Shown in pieces: positions 29,992 through 40,736 of a stretch of 64,000 bases of DNA (positions are counted from its first letter, which is position 1; each line of letters begins with the position of its first letter). The notes under the pieces are model-generated. The model saw nothing but the letters and a program-made list of their open reading frames with translations. It searched no databases and had not been told where the DNA came from. A program made the position numbers and the translations under genes. This DNA comes from Bdellovibrionales bacterium (GTDB lineage Bacteria > Bdellovibrionota > Bdellovibrionia > Bdellovibrionales > JAUICD01), in the NCBI GenBank assembly GCA_965203275.1, contig OZ241865.1:2208001-2272000 (forward strand). The letters run 5' to 3'.

Positions 29992-30978
29992 ATGTTATAT
30001 CAAGCTTATATTTCTGGCACAGGTTCTTATTTACCTGAAAAAACTTTAACAAACAAAGACCTTGAAACCCTCACGAATACCACAGATGAATGGATCACAG
30101 AACGAACAGGTATCAAGTCGAGACATATTGTCAATGAGCATCAAGCAACAAGTGATATGGCCTTTGAAGCTTCTGTCAAAGCTTTAGAGGTAGCAAATTT
30201 ATCTTCAGATGACATAGATCTTATTTTAGTAGCCACAACAACCCCTGACCATCTTTTACCTAATACAGCTTGTTTACTCCAAGCACGCCTCAAAGCAAAG
30301 CAAATAATGGCCTGCGATCTCTCAGCAGCTTGTTCTGGATTTTTGTATACTCTTGCTGTAGCTGATCAGTTTATTCAGACAGGCTTCCATCAAAATATTT
30401 TAGTTGTAGGAACAGATGTACTCTCTAAATGGTTACATTTTGAGGATAGACAAACTTGTATCTTATTTGGTGATGGAGCAGGTGCTGTTATAGTATCTAG
30501 AAGCTCTTCTGATCAATCAAAGCTTTTAAGCCATCATCTTTCTGCTGATGGATATTTATCTGACCTATTAATTTTACCCGCAGGTGGCAGTCGTTTACCT
30601 ATTACGCATGATGCACTTGATCAAAAACAACACCACTTACAAATGAAAGGCCGGGATGTTTTCAAACATGCTGTCCGTAGCATGTCTGAAGCTTGTACAA
30701 AAGTTTTACAAAAAGCAAATTTATCTATTGAAAGTGTAGATTGGTTTATCCCTCATCAGGCAAATTTAAGGATTATAGAAGCTATTGCTAAACAAATGGC
30801 ATTCCCTTTTGAAAAAGTCATTGTGAATATACAACACACCGGTAATACTTCAGCAGCAAGTATCCCTATGGCTATGGATGAAGCTATCCATCAAGGTCGA
30901 ATCAAAAGAGGACAAGTGATCCTTATGGCTGCATTTGGTGGAGGTTTGACATACGGTGCTTCTGTTATGCGATTTTAG
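29992..30978 (+). CDS. fabH: 3-oxoacyl-ACP synthase III
   Basis: AACSGF, PHQAN, GNTSAAS and FGGGLT. Confidence 0.97.
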   Translation: MLYQAYISGTGSYLPEKTLTNKDLETLTNTTDEWITERTGIKSRHIVNEHQATSDMAFEASVKALEVANLSSDDIDLILVATTTPDHLLPNTACLLQARLKAKQIMACDLSAACSGFLYTLAVADQFIQTGFHQNILVVGTDVLSKWLHFEDRQTCILFGDGAGAVIVSRSSSDQSKLLSHHLSADGYLSDLLILPAGGSRLPITHDALDQKQHHLQMKGRDVFKHAVRSMSEACTKVLQKANLSIESVDWFIPHQANLRIIEAIAKQMAFPFEKVIVNIQHTGNTSAASIPMAMDEAIHQGRIKRGQVILMAAFGGGLTYGASVMRF

Positions 30979-31148
30979 TTTCATTATAGTACATGTAGAA
31001 TACATTATGCTTTTCTAGGAATTCTATCAAAATTTATAAATCAAAACTTATAATCTCTAACACCTATAAATAAAACATTCTGACTGAAAAAAGGATAATC
31101 CACATCCCTAAATCAAATGTCAAGCTCAGGAACTGTTAAACTCAGGGC

Positions 31149-31559
31149 TTATAATTCAAGTTCATTAAGGACGTTTTCAGAAAGCTCTTCGATGATGCCT
31201 CTTACGTTAGTGGACAAAATTTCCCATTGTTCTTTTGTGATAGCTATAACAAGCCCTGTTTCTTCAGGATGATTCTCTTGAGCATAGTCAAAAAGCAATT
31301 GGCCACCTACAATGCTCGCACCAGCTAAAATAGCTCGAAAGGTCCATCGTCCCACAAATCTGCCAGCTCTTCGTATCCTGTGCTTTATTATTTTACCAGT
31401 AAAGGCAACACCTCTTGCTTTGAGATAATTTTCAAAAACCTGTGGATTCTTTGCTTGTAATGAATGTATCAATGTTCTTATTTTTGTCTCGTATTTTGGA
31501 AGGTCTTCTTTAAAGTCATATTTTCCATAATTAACCCATGAATACGTGTCTGACATTAT
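31149..31559 (-). pseudogene. 3' part of an exported protein gene interrupted by IS256
   Basis: Joins in frame through the target duplication (IMS) to the 5' part at 32960-33561. Confidence 0.8.
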
Positions 31560-32959
31560 GAGCATGTCCTATAATTCGGTGAATTTTTCTTAGAGAAGAT
31601 GTTAAGATAGAAGGCTCCTGGTTGGCATATTTCAGCCAACCAAATTTTATTAACAATTAACTTTTAAAAATAAAAAGAAAGGAGCCATTATGAAGTGTAC
31701 CAAAAATAGTCATTCATTTCAAGTTTCAGCCAATACTTTGTCAGAAATTCGTCAGATTGTAGAGGATGAGATCAAGTCATCTATTCTTTGTTCGGTCTAT
31801 GGTTTTTTTGAAGCAGAGCTATTAGAGCTTTGCGGTGAGCGTTATGGTCGTCATAGAGATACACCATATCATAGAGCTGGTAGTGATAAAGGTAGCATAC
31901 TTGCAGGTGGTCAAAAGTTGCAGGTTAGGAAGCCTCGTGTTAAGCAGTCAGGTCGTGAAGTGAGGCTTAAGATCTATTCAGCCCTTCAACACTATGACAT
32001 ACTCAGTGATCGTGTTTTAAAACATGCCATGAGTGGAGTTTCATCACGGAATTACAATCATCTTTTAGATGATATTTCAGGAGGGCTTAAACTTTCTAGG
32101 AGTAGTGTGAGTAGAGTTTTTAATAAGTCATCTAAACAAGCCCTTGAGTCGATTAACAATCGTGATTTAAGTAAGTACAGGTTTCCAGCGATAATGATAG
32201 ATGGAGTGGGTATTGGTTCTACGCTGGTTATAGTGGCCTTAGGAATCACAGATCAAGGTAAGAAGGTTATATTAGGTCTTAAAGAAGGCAATACAGAGAG
32301 TTGGGAAGTTTGCCGTGATCTTCTGGAGGGACTTATAGGTCGTGGTCTTGATAAAGAGAAGGGTTATCTTTTTGTGATTGATGGTAGCAAAGCATTAAGG
32401 AAGGGAATAGATAGAGTATTTTCAGGTCGTTCAGTAGTTCAGCGTTGTATTCAGCATAAAGAGAGAAATATTCTGAGTTGCTTACCTCCAAGTCGTCACA
32501 TAGAGTTTAAGAGTCGTTGGAAGAAGTTACATGGTATGCCAGATGAGTTGTCATCGAAGTTAGAGCATGAGTCTTTATTAAGCTGGTTAAAGCGGGTCAA
32601 TCATTCAGCATTCACATCTTTAAAAGAGGCAGAGATGGAGACACTGACAACGATCAAGCTTGGAGTTTCATTACTTTTAAGGAGGTCATTATCATCGACA
32701 AATCCTATTGAGTCTGTTTTTTCAGTTGTGAGGGAAAAAGTTCGGAGGGTAAAGAATTGGAGTTCTTCTTCAGATCAAGTTTTAAGATGGTCTGCTGTGA
32801 GTCTATTGGAAGCAGAAAAACATTTCAAAAGCATTAAAGGATTTAAAGATTTAGAACAATTAGAACAAAGTTTAAAAAAAATTATTATTGACAAAAAGAA
32901 AAAACAATTAAAAACTAATTTATGAGCCGTCTATTTTCACCGATATCAGGGACAAGCTC
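31560..32959 (+). mobile_element. IS256-family insertion sequence, 1400 bp
   Basis: Imperfect TIRs GAGCATGTCCTATAATTCGGTGAA / TTCACCGATATCAGGGACAAGCTC; 8-bp direct repeat GACATTAT at 31552-31559 and 32960-32967. Confidence 0.93.
31690..32925 (+). CDS. IS256-family (Mutator-type) DDE transposase
   Basis: IMIDG, FVIDGSKAL, QRCIQHKERN and STNPIES motifs; intact 411 aa. Confidence 0.93.
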   Translation: MKCTKNSHSFQVSANTLSEIRQIVEDEIKSSILCSVYGFFEAELLELCGERYGRHRDTPYHRAGSDKGSILAGGQKLQVRKPRVKQSGREVRLKIYSALQHYDILSDRVLKHAMSGVSSRNYNHLLDDISGGLKLSRSSVSRVFNKSSKQALESINNRDLSKYRFPAIMIDGVGIGSTLVIVALGITDQGKKVILGLKEGNTESWEVCRDLLEGLIGRGLDKEKGYLFVIDGSKALRKGIDRVFSGRSVVQRCIQHKERNILSCLPPSRHIEFKSRWKKLHGMPDELSSKLEHESLLSWLKRVNHSAFTSLKEAEMETLTTIKLGVSLLLRRSLSSTNPIESVFSVVREKVRRVKNWSSSSDQVLRWSAVSLLEAEKHFKSIKGFKDLEQLEQSLKKIIIDKKKKQLKTNL

Positions 32960-33561
32960 GACATTATCCATTGTCTACCTGATTTACGATAATAATCAAC
33001 ATAAGTTCTCGCAGTTTCCTCTATATCATTATACACTACTCTTTGATGGATTCTAATACGATGGGTTCCTCTAGAATTATCTCCAATTAAAGCGGTTACG
33101 TATTCAGACGACCATTCTACCTTCGAATCAGGTACGCTTCTTAAATAATTTCTTAAAAATTTATTTGTTTTTTCGTTTATGGCGAGGTCTCTATATGCCT
33201 CCTCTGCTTCTGAAGCTTCTGAAGCAGCTTTCCAAAAAATATCAGATTCTATTTGCTGTATGGCATACGGAGATAGTCCCGCTCCTAGTATTCCAGCACC
33301 TAGGCCCGCACTTAAAATGTTTTTAGGAAAACTCACTTGATATGTACCATCCGATAAAACTTCAAGGTTTTCTGATAAGCTATGTTCAACAGACGTGTAG
33401 AATTCCTTTATTTCTTGAGCTTGTTGAAGTGTAAGAGGTGCTTCATCTTTGCTTGAATCACCGCATCCTTCAAATTGACAATAGGCTTGCAATTTTATAG
33501 GACTTATGAAAGATAAACAAAATACAACTAACAATATGGTTTTATAAAATTTAATACTCAT
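32960..33561 (-). pseudogene. 5' part of the IS-interrupted exported protein gene
   Basis: ATG at 33561 with GGAG RBS; signal peptide MSIKFYKTILLVVFCLSFISPIKLQA. Confidence 0.8.
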
Positions 33562-33619
33562 TTTAGCTCCTTGTTTTTTAGTTTTATAGAATAAAAAAAA
33601 TAATATTAAAATATATACC

Positions 33620-33635
33620 TGCAAAGTATAGGCCA
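33620..33635 (-). promoter_or_regulatory. sigma54-type -24/-12 promoter
   Basis: Minus strand TGGCCTATACTTTGCA (GG-N10-GC), about 60 nt upstream of ATG 33561. Confidence 0.55.
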
Positions 33636-33882
33636 TAATTAATTTTTCGTCTAATAGACTAAAAGCCTTGTAAATACTAAAGTGAAGTAAAATAGATTTT
33701 CTGATGGGAGACAAAAATGGTCAATGTAGACAAATTTTGACAGTTGATTTTCGAATGTGGAAAGACTCTTAAGAAGTTATGAAACTTAAATATATAAGTG
33801 GATTTTATTTAAACTGGTGGGTTTAGCATGTGATCAGGCCACACACCATGCACTTTTTATAAGCCATACTTATAAAGGAAAA

Positions 33883-34113
33883 TCAGTAAGTCCCTAGAGA
33901 CGGGTCATGGCATTGAATATTTATTATATTCTCTTTGACTACAATCTCTGTCTTACCTTTATTATTAAGAGGTGATTTAAGATTATCAGTCTCAATAGCC
34001 ATTGGAATACTCAAAACCAATCCCATAAAAAGTGAAAGAAACAGAAAAAGTATATCTTTCTCTAAAGATTTTCTTTCCTTTAACCTCTTTCTTACTTTTC
34101 TGAATACAATCAT
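33883..34113 (-). CDS. Small single-TM hypothetical protein
   Basis: GGGAG RBS; basic N-terminus followed by a hydrophobic stretch. Confidence 0.5.
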   Translation of the reverse strand: MIVFRKVRKRLKERKSLEKDILFLFLSLFMGLVLSIPMAIETDNLKSPLNNKGKTEIVVKENIINIQCHDPSLGTY

Positions 34114-34253
34114 AATTAAAGTCTCCCATGAATTAATAAATATAGTTAAAATGTACTATTGCTTGATTGCACCACTGCCATTTTAGGTAGATCAACCTTT
34201 ATCTCTAAGAATCCATAAGAAAAACTGACACCCTGCATGCAAAAACTTTATGT

Positions 34254-34279
34254 AAAAAAAAGAGGCCACAAGGGCCTCT
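34254..34279 (-). terminator. Rho-independent terminator
   Basis: AGAGGCC/GGCCTCT stem followed by a T-run on the minus strand, just downstream of the 34323 CDS. Confidence 0.65.
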
Positions 34280-34322
34280 CTTAGCATCATGGAAAACTTT
34301 ACTTTTCATATCCTCTTATTAA

Positions 34323-35018
34323 TTAATCCTTTTTGTCTTCTCGTATTTTCTTAATATCTTCAGCAATCTGTTTTATATCTGCTTTGATTTCCTTATTATC
34401 TGCTTTAATTTCCTTATTATCTGCTTTAATTTCCTTATTATCTGCTTTAATTTCCTTATTATCTGCTTTAATTTCCTTATTATCTGCTTTGATTTCCTTA
34501 TTATCTGCTTTAATTTCCTTATTATTTGCTTTAATTTCCTTATTATCTGCTTTAATTTCCTTATTATTTGCTTTGATTTCCTTATTATCTGCTTTAATTT
34601 CCTTATTATTTGCTTTAATTTCCTTATTATTTGCTTTGATTTCCTTATTATCCTCTTTAAGCTCTTTAATAGCTGTAGTGATGTGGTTATCTATTTGCTC
34701 TTTCATAGAAGCCATCTTTTTTTTAACTGGTGAAATTAATGTTCCCACTACAAAAAATAAAGCTATTATATCCCACAGTCTATCTCCTGCTTTATCAGCA
34801 GAATAAAAAGTTTGCCATCCCAATAAACCTAAAACAAACAAAACAAACAAAATAAGTAAATAAACTGGTATTATAAACTGACTATATCGCATTATGTATG
34901 CAATAAGGTCCATGACTTTATCTGTCCATGTCTTTTTTTTATCTTCTGATGTTTCATTATCCTCTGATGTTCCATTATTTTCTATAGGTTGACCATTTGG
35001 AATATCTTCCAAAGTCAT
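34323..35018 (-). CDS. Two-TM membrane protein with ~13 NKEIKA(D/N) heptads
   Basis: AGGAGG RBS; two hydrophobic segments; NHITTAIK motif; 21-bp tandem repeat at ~34378-34650. Confidence 0.85.
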   Translation of the reverse strand: MTLEDIPNGQPIENNGTSEDNETSEDKKKTWTDKVMDLIAYIMRYSQFIIPVYLLILFVLFVLGLLGWQTFYSADKAGDRLWDIIALFFVVGTLISPVKKKMASMKEQIDNHITTAIKELKEDNKEIKANNKEIKANNKEIKADNKEIKANNKEIKADNKEIKANNKEIKADNKEIKADNKEIKADNKEIKADNKEIKADNKEIKADNKEIKADIKQIAEDIKKIREDKKD

Positions 35019-35499
35019 AATATCCTCCTAGGTTGGTTTTATTTTCATGCACCCATGACTTTGGATAAGAATCAAAAAGAGCTGTGAATTTAAGGCATGG
35101 ACTAGACTGCTAGAATATCTATCGGTATGTTTGGTAGATAAGTTTAGTAGATAGAAATAATGGAATAATTAAAGGAAAGAAATAAGTTATGAGAGTCCTC
35201 TCTAACTTATCAAACATTGATTGTTTAGTGCCATCGAATGTGACTTGAGGACAGGACCATAGAATAAATGTCTCATTAGATAGAAAAAATACTAAAATAA
35301 CCCTTATTTTCTTTTTCATACGCTCACCATATATATATTCTTTAAAAAAATCAATAAAAACTTTAACCCTCTGCATAAACTTATATTTATCTTATCATGT
35401 AGACCAAAGTATGTCAAACCATCGTGAAAATGAAGTCTTGATGAGCTTTAGCATTAAAAAATCTATGATATAATTTATTACAACAAAAAAGGACATCCC

Positions 35500-36318
35500 A
35501 TGAAAAAAACAATTTTTATTGTATCTGATGGAACAGGGGAAACAGCTAGCATTATGACCCAAGCTGCTCTTGTGCAGTATATTAACATAGACGTACATAT
35601 TGTCAGGTGTAAGAATATCAGAAATACCAATCAAATTAGTCATTTAATCAAGGAAGCACAAGAAACCTCTGGCTTTATTGTTTATACAATTGTCAACCCT
35701 GCTCTCAAGGAACAAATAGAAAGCGAAGCAAAAGCTCAAAATATACCTACTATTGATTTATTAGGTGATCTACTTAGTGCATTAGGTGAATATTTAGGAA
35801 GTCATGCTGTACCACAAGCTGGACTTCTTCGCAGTATAGATGATCGCTATTTTAAACGTATTGAAGCTATGGAATACACTGTCAAACATGATGATGGTAA
35901 AAATTTAAGTGATATTCACGAAGCAGATATTGTACTTTTAGGCATTAGTCGTACGAGCAAAACACCTCTTTCTATCTTTTTAAGCCATAAAGGTTGGAAG
36001 GTGGCCAATGTACCACTCATTTTAAATCATCCTCTACCTAAAGAACTGAACAAAGTTGATGAGCGTCGCATCATTGGTTTAATTATTGATCCTTTTAAAT
36101 TAGCTTCCATTCGCACAGCTAGACTAAATAAGCTAGGTCAACCTAGTAAAGAATATGCTAGCATGGATTATATTATCAAAGAAATAGAATATGTCACATC
36201 GGTTTTTAAAAAACACCGTCGTTGGCCTGTCTTTGACATTACAGAAAAGGCCTTAGAAGAAACAGCTACAGAAATTATTAAAGTGATCTCTCATCGTTTA
36301 GGTGACCCTATAAATTAA
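35500..36318 (+). CDS. PEP synthase/PPDK regulatory kinase-pyrophosphorylase (DUF299)
   Basis: VSDGTGETA, YFKRIEAMEYTVKHDDG and GISRTSKTPLS. Confidence 0.93.
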   Translation: MKKTIFIVSDGTGETASIMTQAALVQYINIDVHIVRCKNIRNTNQISHLIKEAQETSGFIVYTIVNPALKEQIESEAKAQNIPTIDLLGDLLSALGEYLGSHAVPQAGLLRSIDDRYFKRIEAMEYTVKHDDGKNLSDIHEADIVLLGISRTSKTPLSIFLSHKGWKVANVPLILNHPLPKELNKVDERRIIGLIIDPFKLASIRTARLNKLGQPSKEYASMDYIIKEIEYVTSVFKKHRRWPVFDITEKALEETATEIIKVISHRLGDPIN

Positions 36319-36498
36319 TCAAAAATAAACATTTTCTGATACCTGTATTTTATCTTGAAGAATATATTGTTTTAGATGGTCAATGATTTCAAAGCTAGAA
36401 AGCTAGTTATATAATAGGTTTAATAAAACAGCGAAAATAAAACATAAGTCCTAAAATATAGAATAAAATCTAAATATTCCCTTTATTAGAATATATGA

Positions 36499-36963
36499 TC
36501 ATGAGCATTCCCTTACGCAACATACTCCATCACCATCACTTTCTACAACTTCGTATGGGGTGATATCAAGGTGAAAGTCTTTTTGTATCCAATCTTCTCT
36601 CACAACACCATCAGGATAAGTAACAGAAAGCCCAGCACAAGAGTTAGCTATTTTATAAATATGACAATCATCAGAAGTATCTCGCTTATTATCTGCTCCA
36701 TAGCCTCCATAACCTAAAAGAAGAGCTGCATATCCACAGGAAGGGCGACATATACCATCAATATCTCTTACATGACATGCATCTGCTGTTTTACAATTTT
36801 CTGCACAAAATGGAGATTTACATTCTCCTCTACCACATGCTCCAAAAGGAAATGAGGGCGAAGGATAAGGTTCAAAATTCAATTGAGTTTCTTTATCACA
36901 GTTCATAAATAAAGTAATGACAATAAGAGTACAAGCAAATATAAGTAACCGAAATATCATCAT
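36499..36963 (-). CDS. Cys-rich lipoprotein, paralog A
   Basis: Signal peptide ending in C-DK; core nearly identical to the 37041 gene. Confidence 0.75.
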   Translation of the reverse strand: MMIFRLLIFACTLIVITLFMNCDKETQLNFEPYPSPSFPFGACGRGECKSPFCAENCKTADACHVRDIDGICRPSCGYAALLLGYGGYGADNKRDTSDDCHIYKIANSCAGLSVTYPDGVVREDWIQKDFHLDITPYEVVESDGDGVCCVRECS

Positions 36964-37040
36964 ACAAGTCCTTAATGGTTATTTATTTCTATCTTGTTAA
37001 ACTTTCTAAAAGCTATTGCTTAATCAAAACTATAAGATAA

Positions 37041-37586
37041 TTATTGAAAGTTACTAATATTCAATCCTTCAGGAGATATTTCATCACGCAGGCCTCGCAT
37101 GCAACATACTCCACCACCTTCTATGACTTCGTATGGAGTCATATCAAGATAAAAGTCTTTTTGTATCCAGTCATCTCTGACAACACCATCAGGATAAGTG
37201 AAAGAAAGTTCGTCACAAGATGTAGCTGATTTATACGTATGACGATCATCAGAAGTAGAAGGCTCACGATCATCGCCATAGCCTCCATAACCTAAAAGGT
37301 GGGCTGCATATCCACAGGAAGGGCGACATATACCATCAACATCTCTTACATGACATGTATCTGCTGTTTTACAATTTTCTGCACAGAAAGGAGGTGTGCA
37401 TTCCTCCTTGCCACAAACTCCAAATGATGGTGCAGGTGAAGGCTCTGGAGGTATATCTGGAAGATTTATCCTCGGAGGTTGAGCTTTAGGTAAAAAGTGC
37501 AGTTGAGGATCCTTATCACAGCCAATCTGTAGGGCAATCAAAATAAAAAGAAAACTATAGTGTAATAAAAAATGACGAATAACCAT
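37041..37586 (-). CDS. Cys-rich lipoprotein, paralog B
   Basis: Lipobox QIG-C; Pro-rich linker; PFCAENCKTAD...GICRPSCGYAA core. Confidence 0.75.
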   Translation of the reverse strand: MVIRHFLLHYSFLFILIALQIGCDKDPQLHFLPKAQPPRINLPDIPPEPSPAPSFGVCGKEECTPPFCAENCKTADTCHVRDVDGICRPSCGYAAHLLGYGGYGDDREPSTSDDRHTYKSATSCDELSFTYPDGVVRDDWIQKDFYLDMTPYEVIEGGGVCCMRGLRDEISPEGLNISNFQ

Positions 37587-37745
37587 TATTATATCAATCC
37601 TTAATATTTAATAATTTATCGGTTATTTTATTTCAATACTTGTATATAGAATTCAAAAACTAGACTTTAAATGATTAAGTATCTTGCATAACCCATAAGA
37701 TAGTGGTATCTTCAAAAAATGTAGTGTTTATGAGGAGGGGATATC

Positions 37746-38453
37746 ATGTCACGTCACTTAAGTCTTGAAATGAAAGAAGTCCAAAGTCAACTTATTCAGC
37801 TAAGTGTTTTAACTGAAGATAGTTTAGATAAAGCTCTTAAAGCTATTAAAGAAAACAGCTTAGAAATTGCCGATCAAGTTATACTACAAGATCGTAAGAT
37901 TGACCTGATGGAAGTTCGCCTTGAAGAAGAATGCCTCAAAACATTAGCTCTCTATCAACCTGTAGCCACTGATCTAAGATTTATTGTTGCAGTTCTTAAG
38001 ATCAATAACGATTTAGAGAGAATAGGAGACCTTGCCGTCAATATTGCAAAGCGAACGCACACTTTAAAAACTGTGCAGGTTAATGATCTTCCCTTTGACT
38101 TTCAGAATATAACTGGTCTTATCAAGTTTATGCTCAGAGCTTCACTGGATGCTTTTATCCGCTCAGATGCCAGTTTAGCAGAAGAGGTTTGCAAAACCGA
38201 TAACGAAGTAGATAAACTTCACAGAAATACTTATAAAAGTGTTATTGAAAAAATTAAACAACAACCAGAACAAGCAGAAGTTTTAATTCAATGTTTATCT
38301 ATATCTCGTCACTTAGAACGAATTGCTGACTACACAACCAACATTGCAGAGGATGTGATCTATTTGACCGATGGTAAAATTGTTCGCCATGAACATGGTT
38401 CTTTACCCACGTCTGAATCAGGTTCTTCTCAAACTCAATCTAAAAATGTTTAG
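37746..38453 (+). CDS. phoU: Phosphate signalling protein PhoU
   Basis: QPVATDLR, LERIGDLAVNIA and LERIADYTTNIAE. Confidence 0.96.
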   Translation: MSRHLSLEMKEVQSQLIQLSVLTEDSLDKALKAIKENSLEIADQVILQDRKIDLMEVRLEEECLKTLALYQPVATDLRFIVAVLKINNDLERIGDLAVNIAKRTHTLKTVQVNDLPFDFQNITGLIKFMLRASLDAFIRSDASLAEEVCKTDNEVDKLHRNTYKSVIEKIKQQPEQAEVLIQCLSISRHLERIADYTTNIAEDVIYLTDGKIVRHEHGSLPTSESGSSQTQSKNV

Positions 38454-38559
38454 AATTTGTCAACAGTTTCAATTCGAAGTGAGATAATGATAAATTTAAG
38501 GGAAACAACCCGGCAAGCTGGCAACCCGGTACCAGAAGGAAATTAAGAAAGAACTCAGA

Positions 38560-39146
38560 AAAAATTGTTTCCTTAACATGGTGTTAAAAGACGAGAGGAT
38601 CCTCCCTACTAAAAGTGGTCAGACAGCAAGCTTCTCTGAAGCTTGCCATGTAACAACACTAGGCGATGACCATTTTATCGACGGGAAATAAATATCTTGT
38701 TTCCTTAACATCGTGTAAAGAGACAAGAGGATTCTTCCTACTAAAAATAAACGGATTTTTGAGGCAATCAGCCTTTGATCGACGGCGACAGCCGTCGGGC
38801 TGATTGCCCAAAAACAGCTAGAAGCTGGTTTATTTTTAGTGAGACAAACGTGGTCATCGCCAGAAAGTAGCCAGAGGCTAGACCACTTTTAGTGAGCCAA
38901 CGGCATTGCTCTTTTTAGACAGCGTAAGCTGTCAGAGCAAACGTCAGAAGGAAATCTTTTTCCTTAACATTGTGTTAAGAAATGAGGACATCCTCCTTCC
39001 TAAAATTGAACAGGCTTTTGAGACAGTTAGCCTTTGATCGACGGCGAGAGCCGTCGGGCTAACTGTCCAAAAGTAGCCAGAGGCTAGTTCAATTTTAGGG
39101 AAACAGAGGCTGGTTTATTTTTAGTGAAACAACTCATTTTGAGTGA
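38560..39146 (+). repeat. Nested cluster of palindromic elements
   Basis: Two full copies plus separated left and right halves. Confidence 0.9.
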
Positions 39147-39164
39147 AAAACAAAGGAGTAATCA

Positions 39165-40133
39165 TTGGCACCTACTGAAGAACAAATCAAACAAAGTGCA
39201 AAGCTTATACAGAATGCATTAAATGAAACAAATAAAATCATTGTTGGTCAAAGGCAGATGCTTGAATCCATTATGATAGGTATGCTTACGGGAGGTCATA
39301 TCCTGCTAGAAGGTGTTCCTGGATTAGCAAAAACTTTAGCTATCTCAACCTTTTCAAAAATTATTTCATTGGATTTTCAAAGAGTTCAATTTACTCCTGA
39401 CTTGTTACCTTCAGACCTTATTGGTACCATGATCTTTAATCAGAAAACAGGAGATTTTGTAGCAAAAAAAGGCCCTATCTTTACCAATCTTGTTTTAGCA
39501 GATGAAATCAACAGAGCTCCAGCAAAAGTTCAATCGGCTCTATTAGAAGCTATGGCTGAAAAGCAAATCACTATTGGAGAATATTCATATACCCTTGCTC
39601 ACCCTTTTCTAGTTTTAGCCACACAAAATCCTATAGAACAAGAAGGTACTTATCCTCTGCCGGAAGCTCAAATGGATCGTTTTATGTTTAAGGTTTTAGT
39701 CAACTATCCTAATAAACAGGAAGAAAGACAAATTTTAGAAAATATGTCCTACGACCAAAATATCCAACCTGATATTATAATGACAAGGGAAGACCTTTTA
39801 AACACTGCTCAAATGCTACAACATATTTATATGGATGAAAAGGTCAAGGATTATATTGTAGATTTAGTGATGTGTACTCGTGTGCCTAAAGAATATGGGT
39901 TGAACTTAGAAAGATTTCTTCAAATAGGGGTCTCACCAAGGGCAACCATTCATTTGACAAGAGCAAGTCGTGCGTATGCCTACCTTCATAATAGAAACTA
40001 TGTTACGATTGATGATGTTAAGAGCATGGCTTATCCTGTTTTACGTCACCGGCTCTTATTGACATACGAAGCAGAAGCAGAAGAATATACCAGTGACGAA
40101 GTGATTAAAAAACTCTTATCTCATATCAATTGA
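39165..40133 (+). CDS. moxR: MoxR-family AAA+ ATPase
   Basis: EGVPGLAKT, QFTPDLLPSD, LADEINRAPAKVQSALLE and ATQNPIEQEGTYPLPEAQMDRF. Confidence 0.95.
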   Translation: MAPTEEQIKQSAKLIQNALNETNKIIVGQRQMLESIMIGMLTGGHILLEGVPGLAKTLAISTFSKIISLDFQRVQFTPDLLPSDLIGTMIFNQKTGDFVAKKGPIFTNLVLADEINRAPAKVQSALLEAMAEKQITIGEYSYTLAHPFLVLATQNPIEQEGTYPLPEAQMDRFMFKVLVNYPNKQEERQILENMSYDQNIQPDIIMTREDLLNTAQMLQHIYMDEKVKDYIVDLVMCTRVPKEYGLNLERFLQIGVSPRATIHLTRASRAYAYLHNRNYVTIDDVKSMAYPVLRHRLLLTYEAEAEEYTSDEVIKKLLSHIN

Positions 40134-40176
40134 AGGCAGGCGAGCTTGATGATGATGGAGCAGGAAATGAAAAGAA

Positions 40177-40388
40177 TTACAAATTTAAGTTCACTTGCTT
40201 GGGTTTGAAAGTTTGAGGTGAATTCACAAGTTTAGCACTGTCACCGACTGCCTTAATCACAAATAATCCTTGTCCCTCTGCATATTTGATAAGGAGCTTC
40301 TCATTGTCTGCTTTCAAATAACCTATAGCAATGTAAACTTTTTTATTAGAAAATTCATTGTCTTTGACAGCTAAAAAACTTTGTACTT
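40177..40388 (-). pseudogene. C-terminal fragment of a gene, possibly PD-(D/E)XK-like
   Basis: Protein-like AIGYLKAD...KYAEGQGLFVIKAVGDSAKLVN..FKPK segment; 5' end abuts two CCTGAGTTTGACAG repeats; no proper start. Confidence 0.5.
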
Positions 40389-40736
40389 CCTGAGTTTGAC
40401 AGTTGGCCTGAGTTTGACAGTTGATTTGCAAATGTGGATATCTTTTTTTTGAGAATGCTTTATTTATAGGTGTTAATGTTTGATTTTCGCCCCTAAAAAG
40501 ATATGTTGATCATATCAACGGCCATTTCAACAGATCACAACTTTTTAAGAGATAATGAAGGCAAGTCAAAATATTGATGAAATTTCTATCATAATTTTCC
40601 AACTTTGAAAACTAGCCTTTAGAACTCAAATGGACCTTCCGATTTTTATTTCACGGCGTTTATAAATGCTCAAAAATCACACAATCAAAAAATAAACAAC
40701 GGAGAGCCAGATTATGAAAAAATAACTACAATAAAT

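Noticed and set aside
33562..33714. Upstream extension of ORF 32920-33714
   Set aside because: RBS, signal peptide and sigma54 motif support a start at 33561; the ORF's last residues come from the IS end
34333..34806. Hydrophobic SALISLL repeat ORF
   Set aside because: Antisense of the NKEIKAD repeat gene
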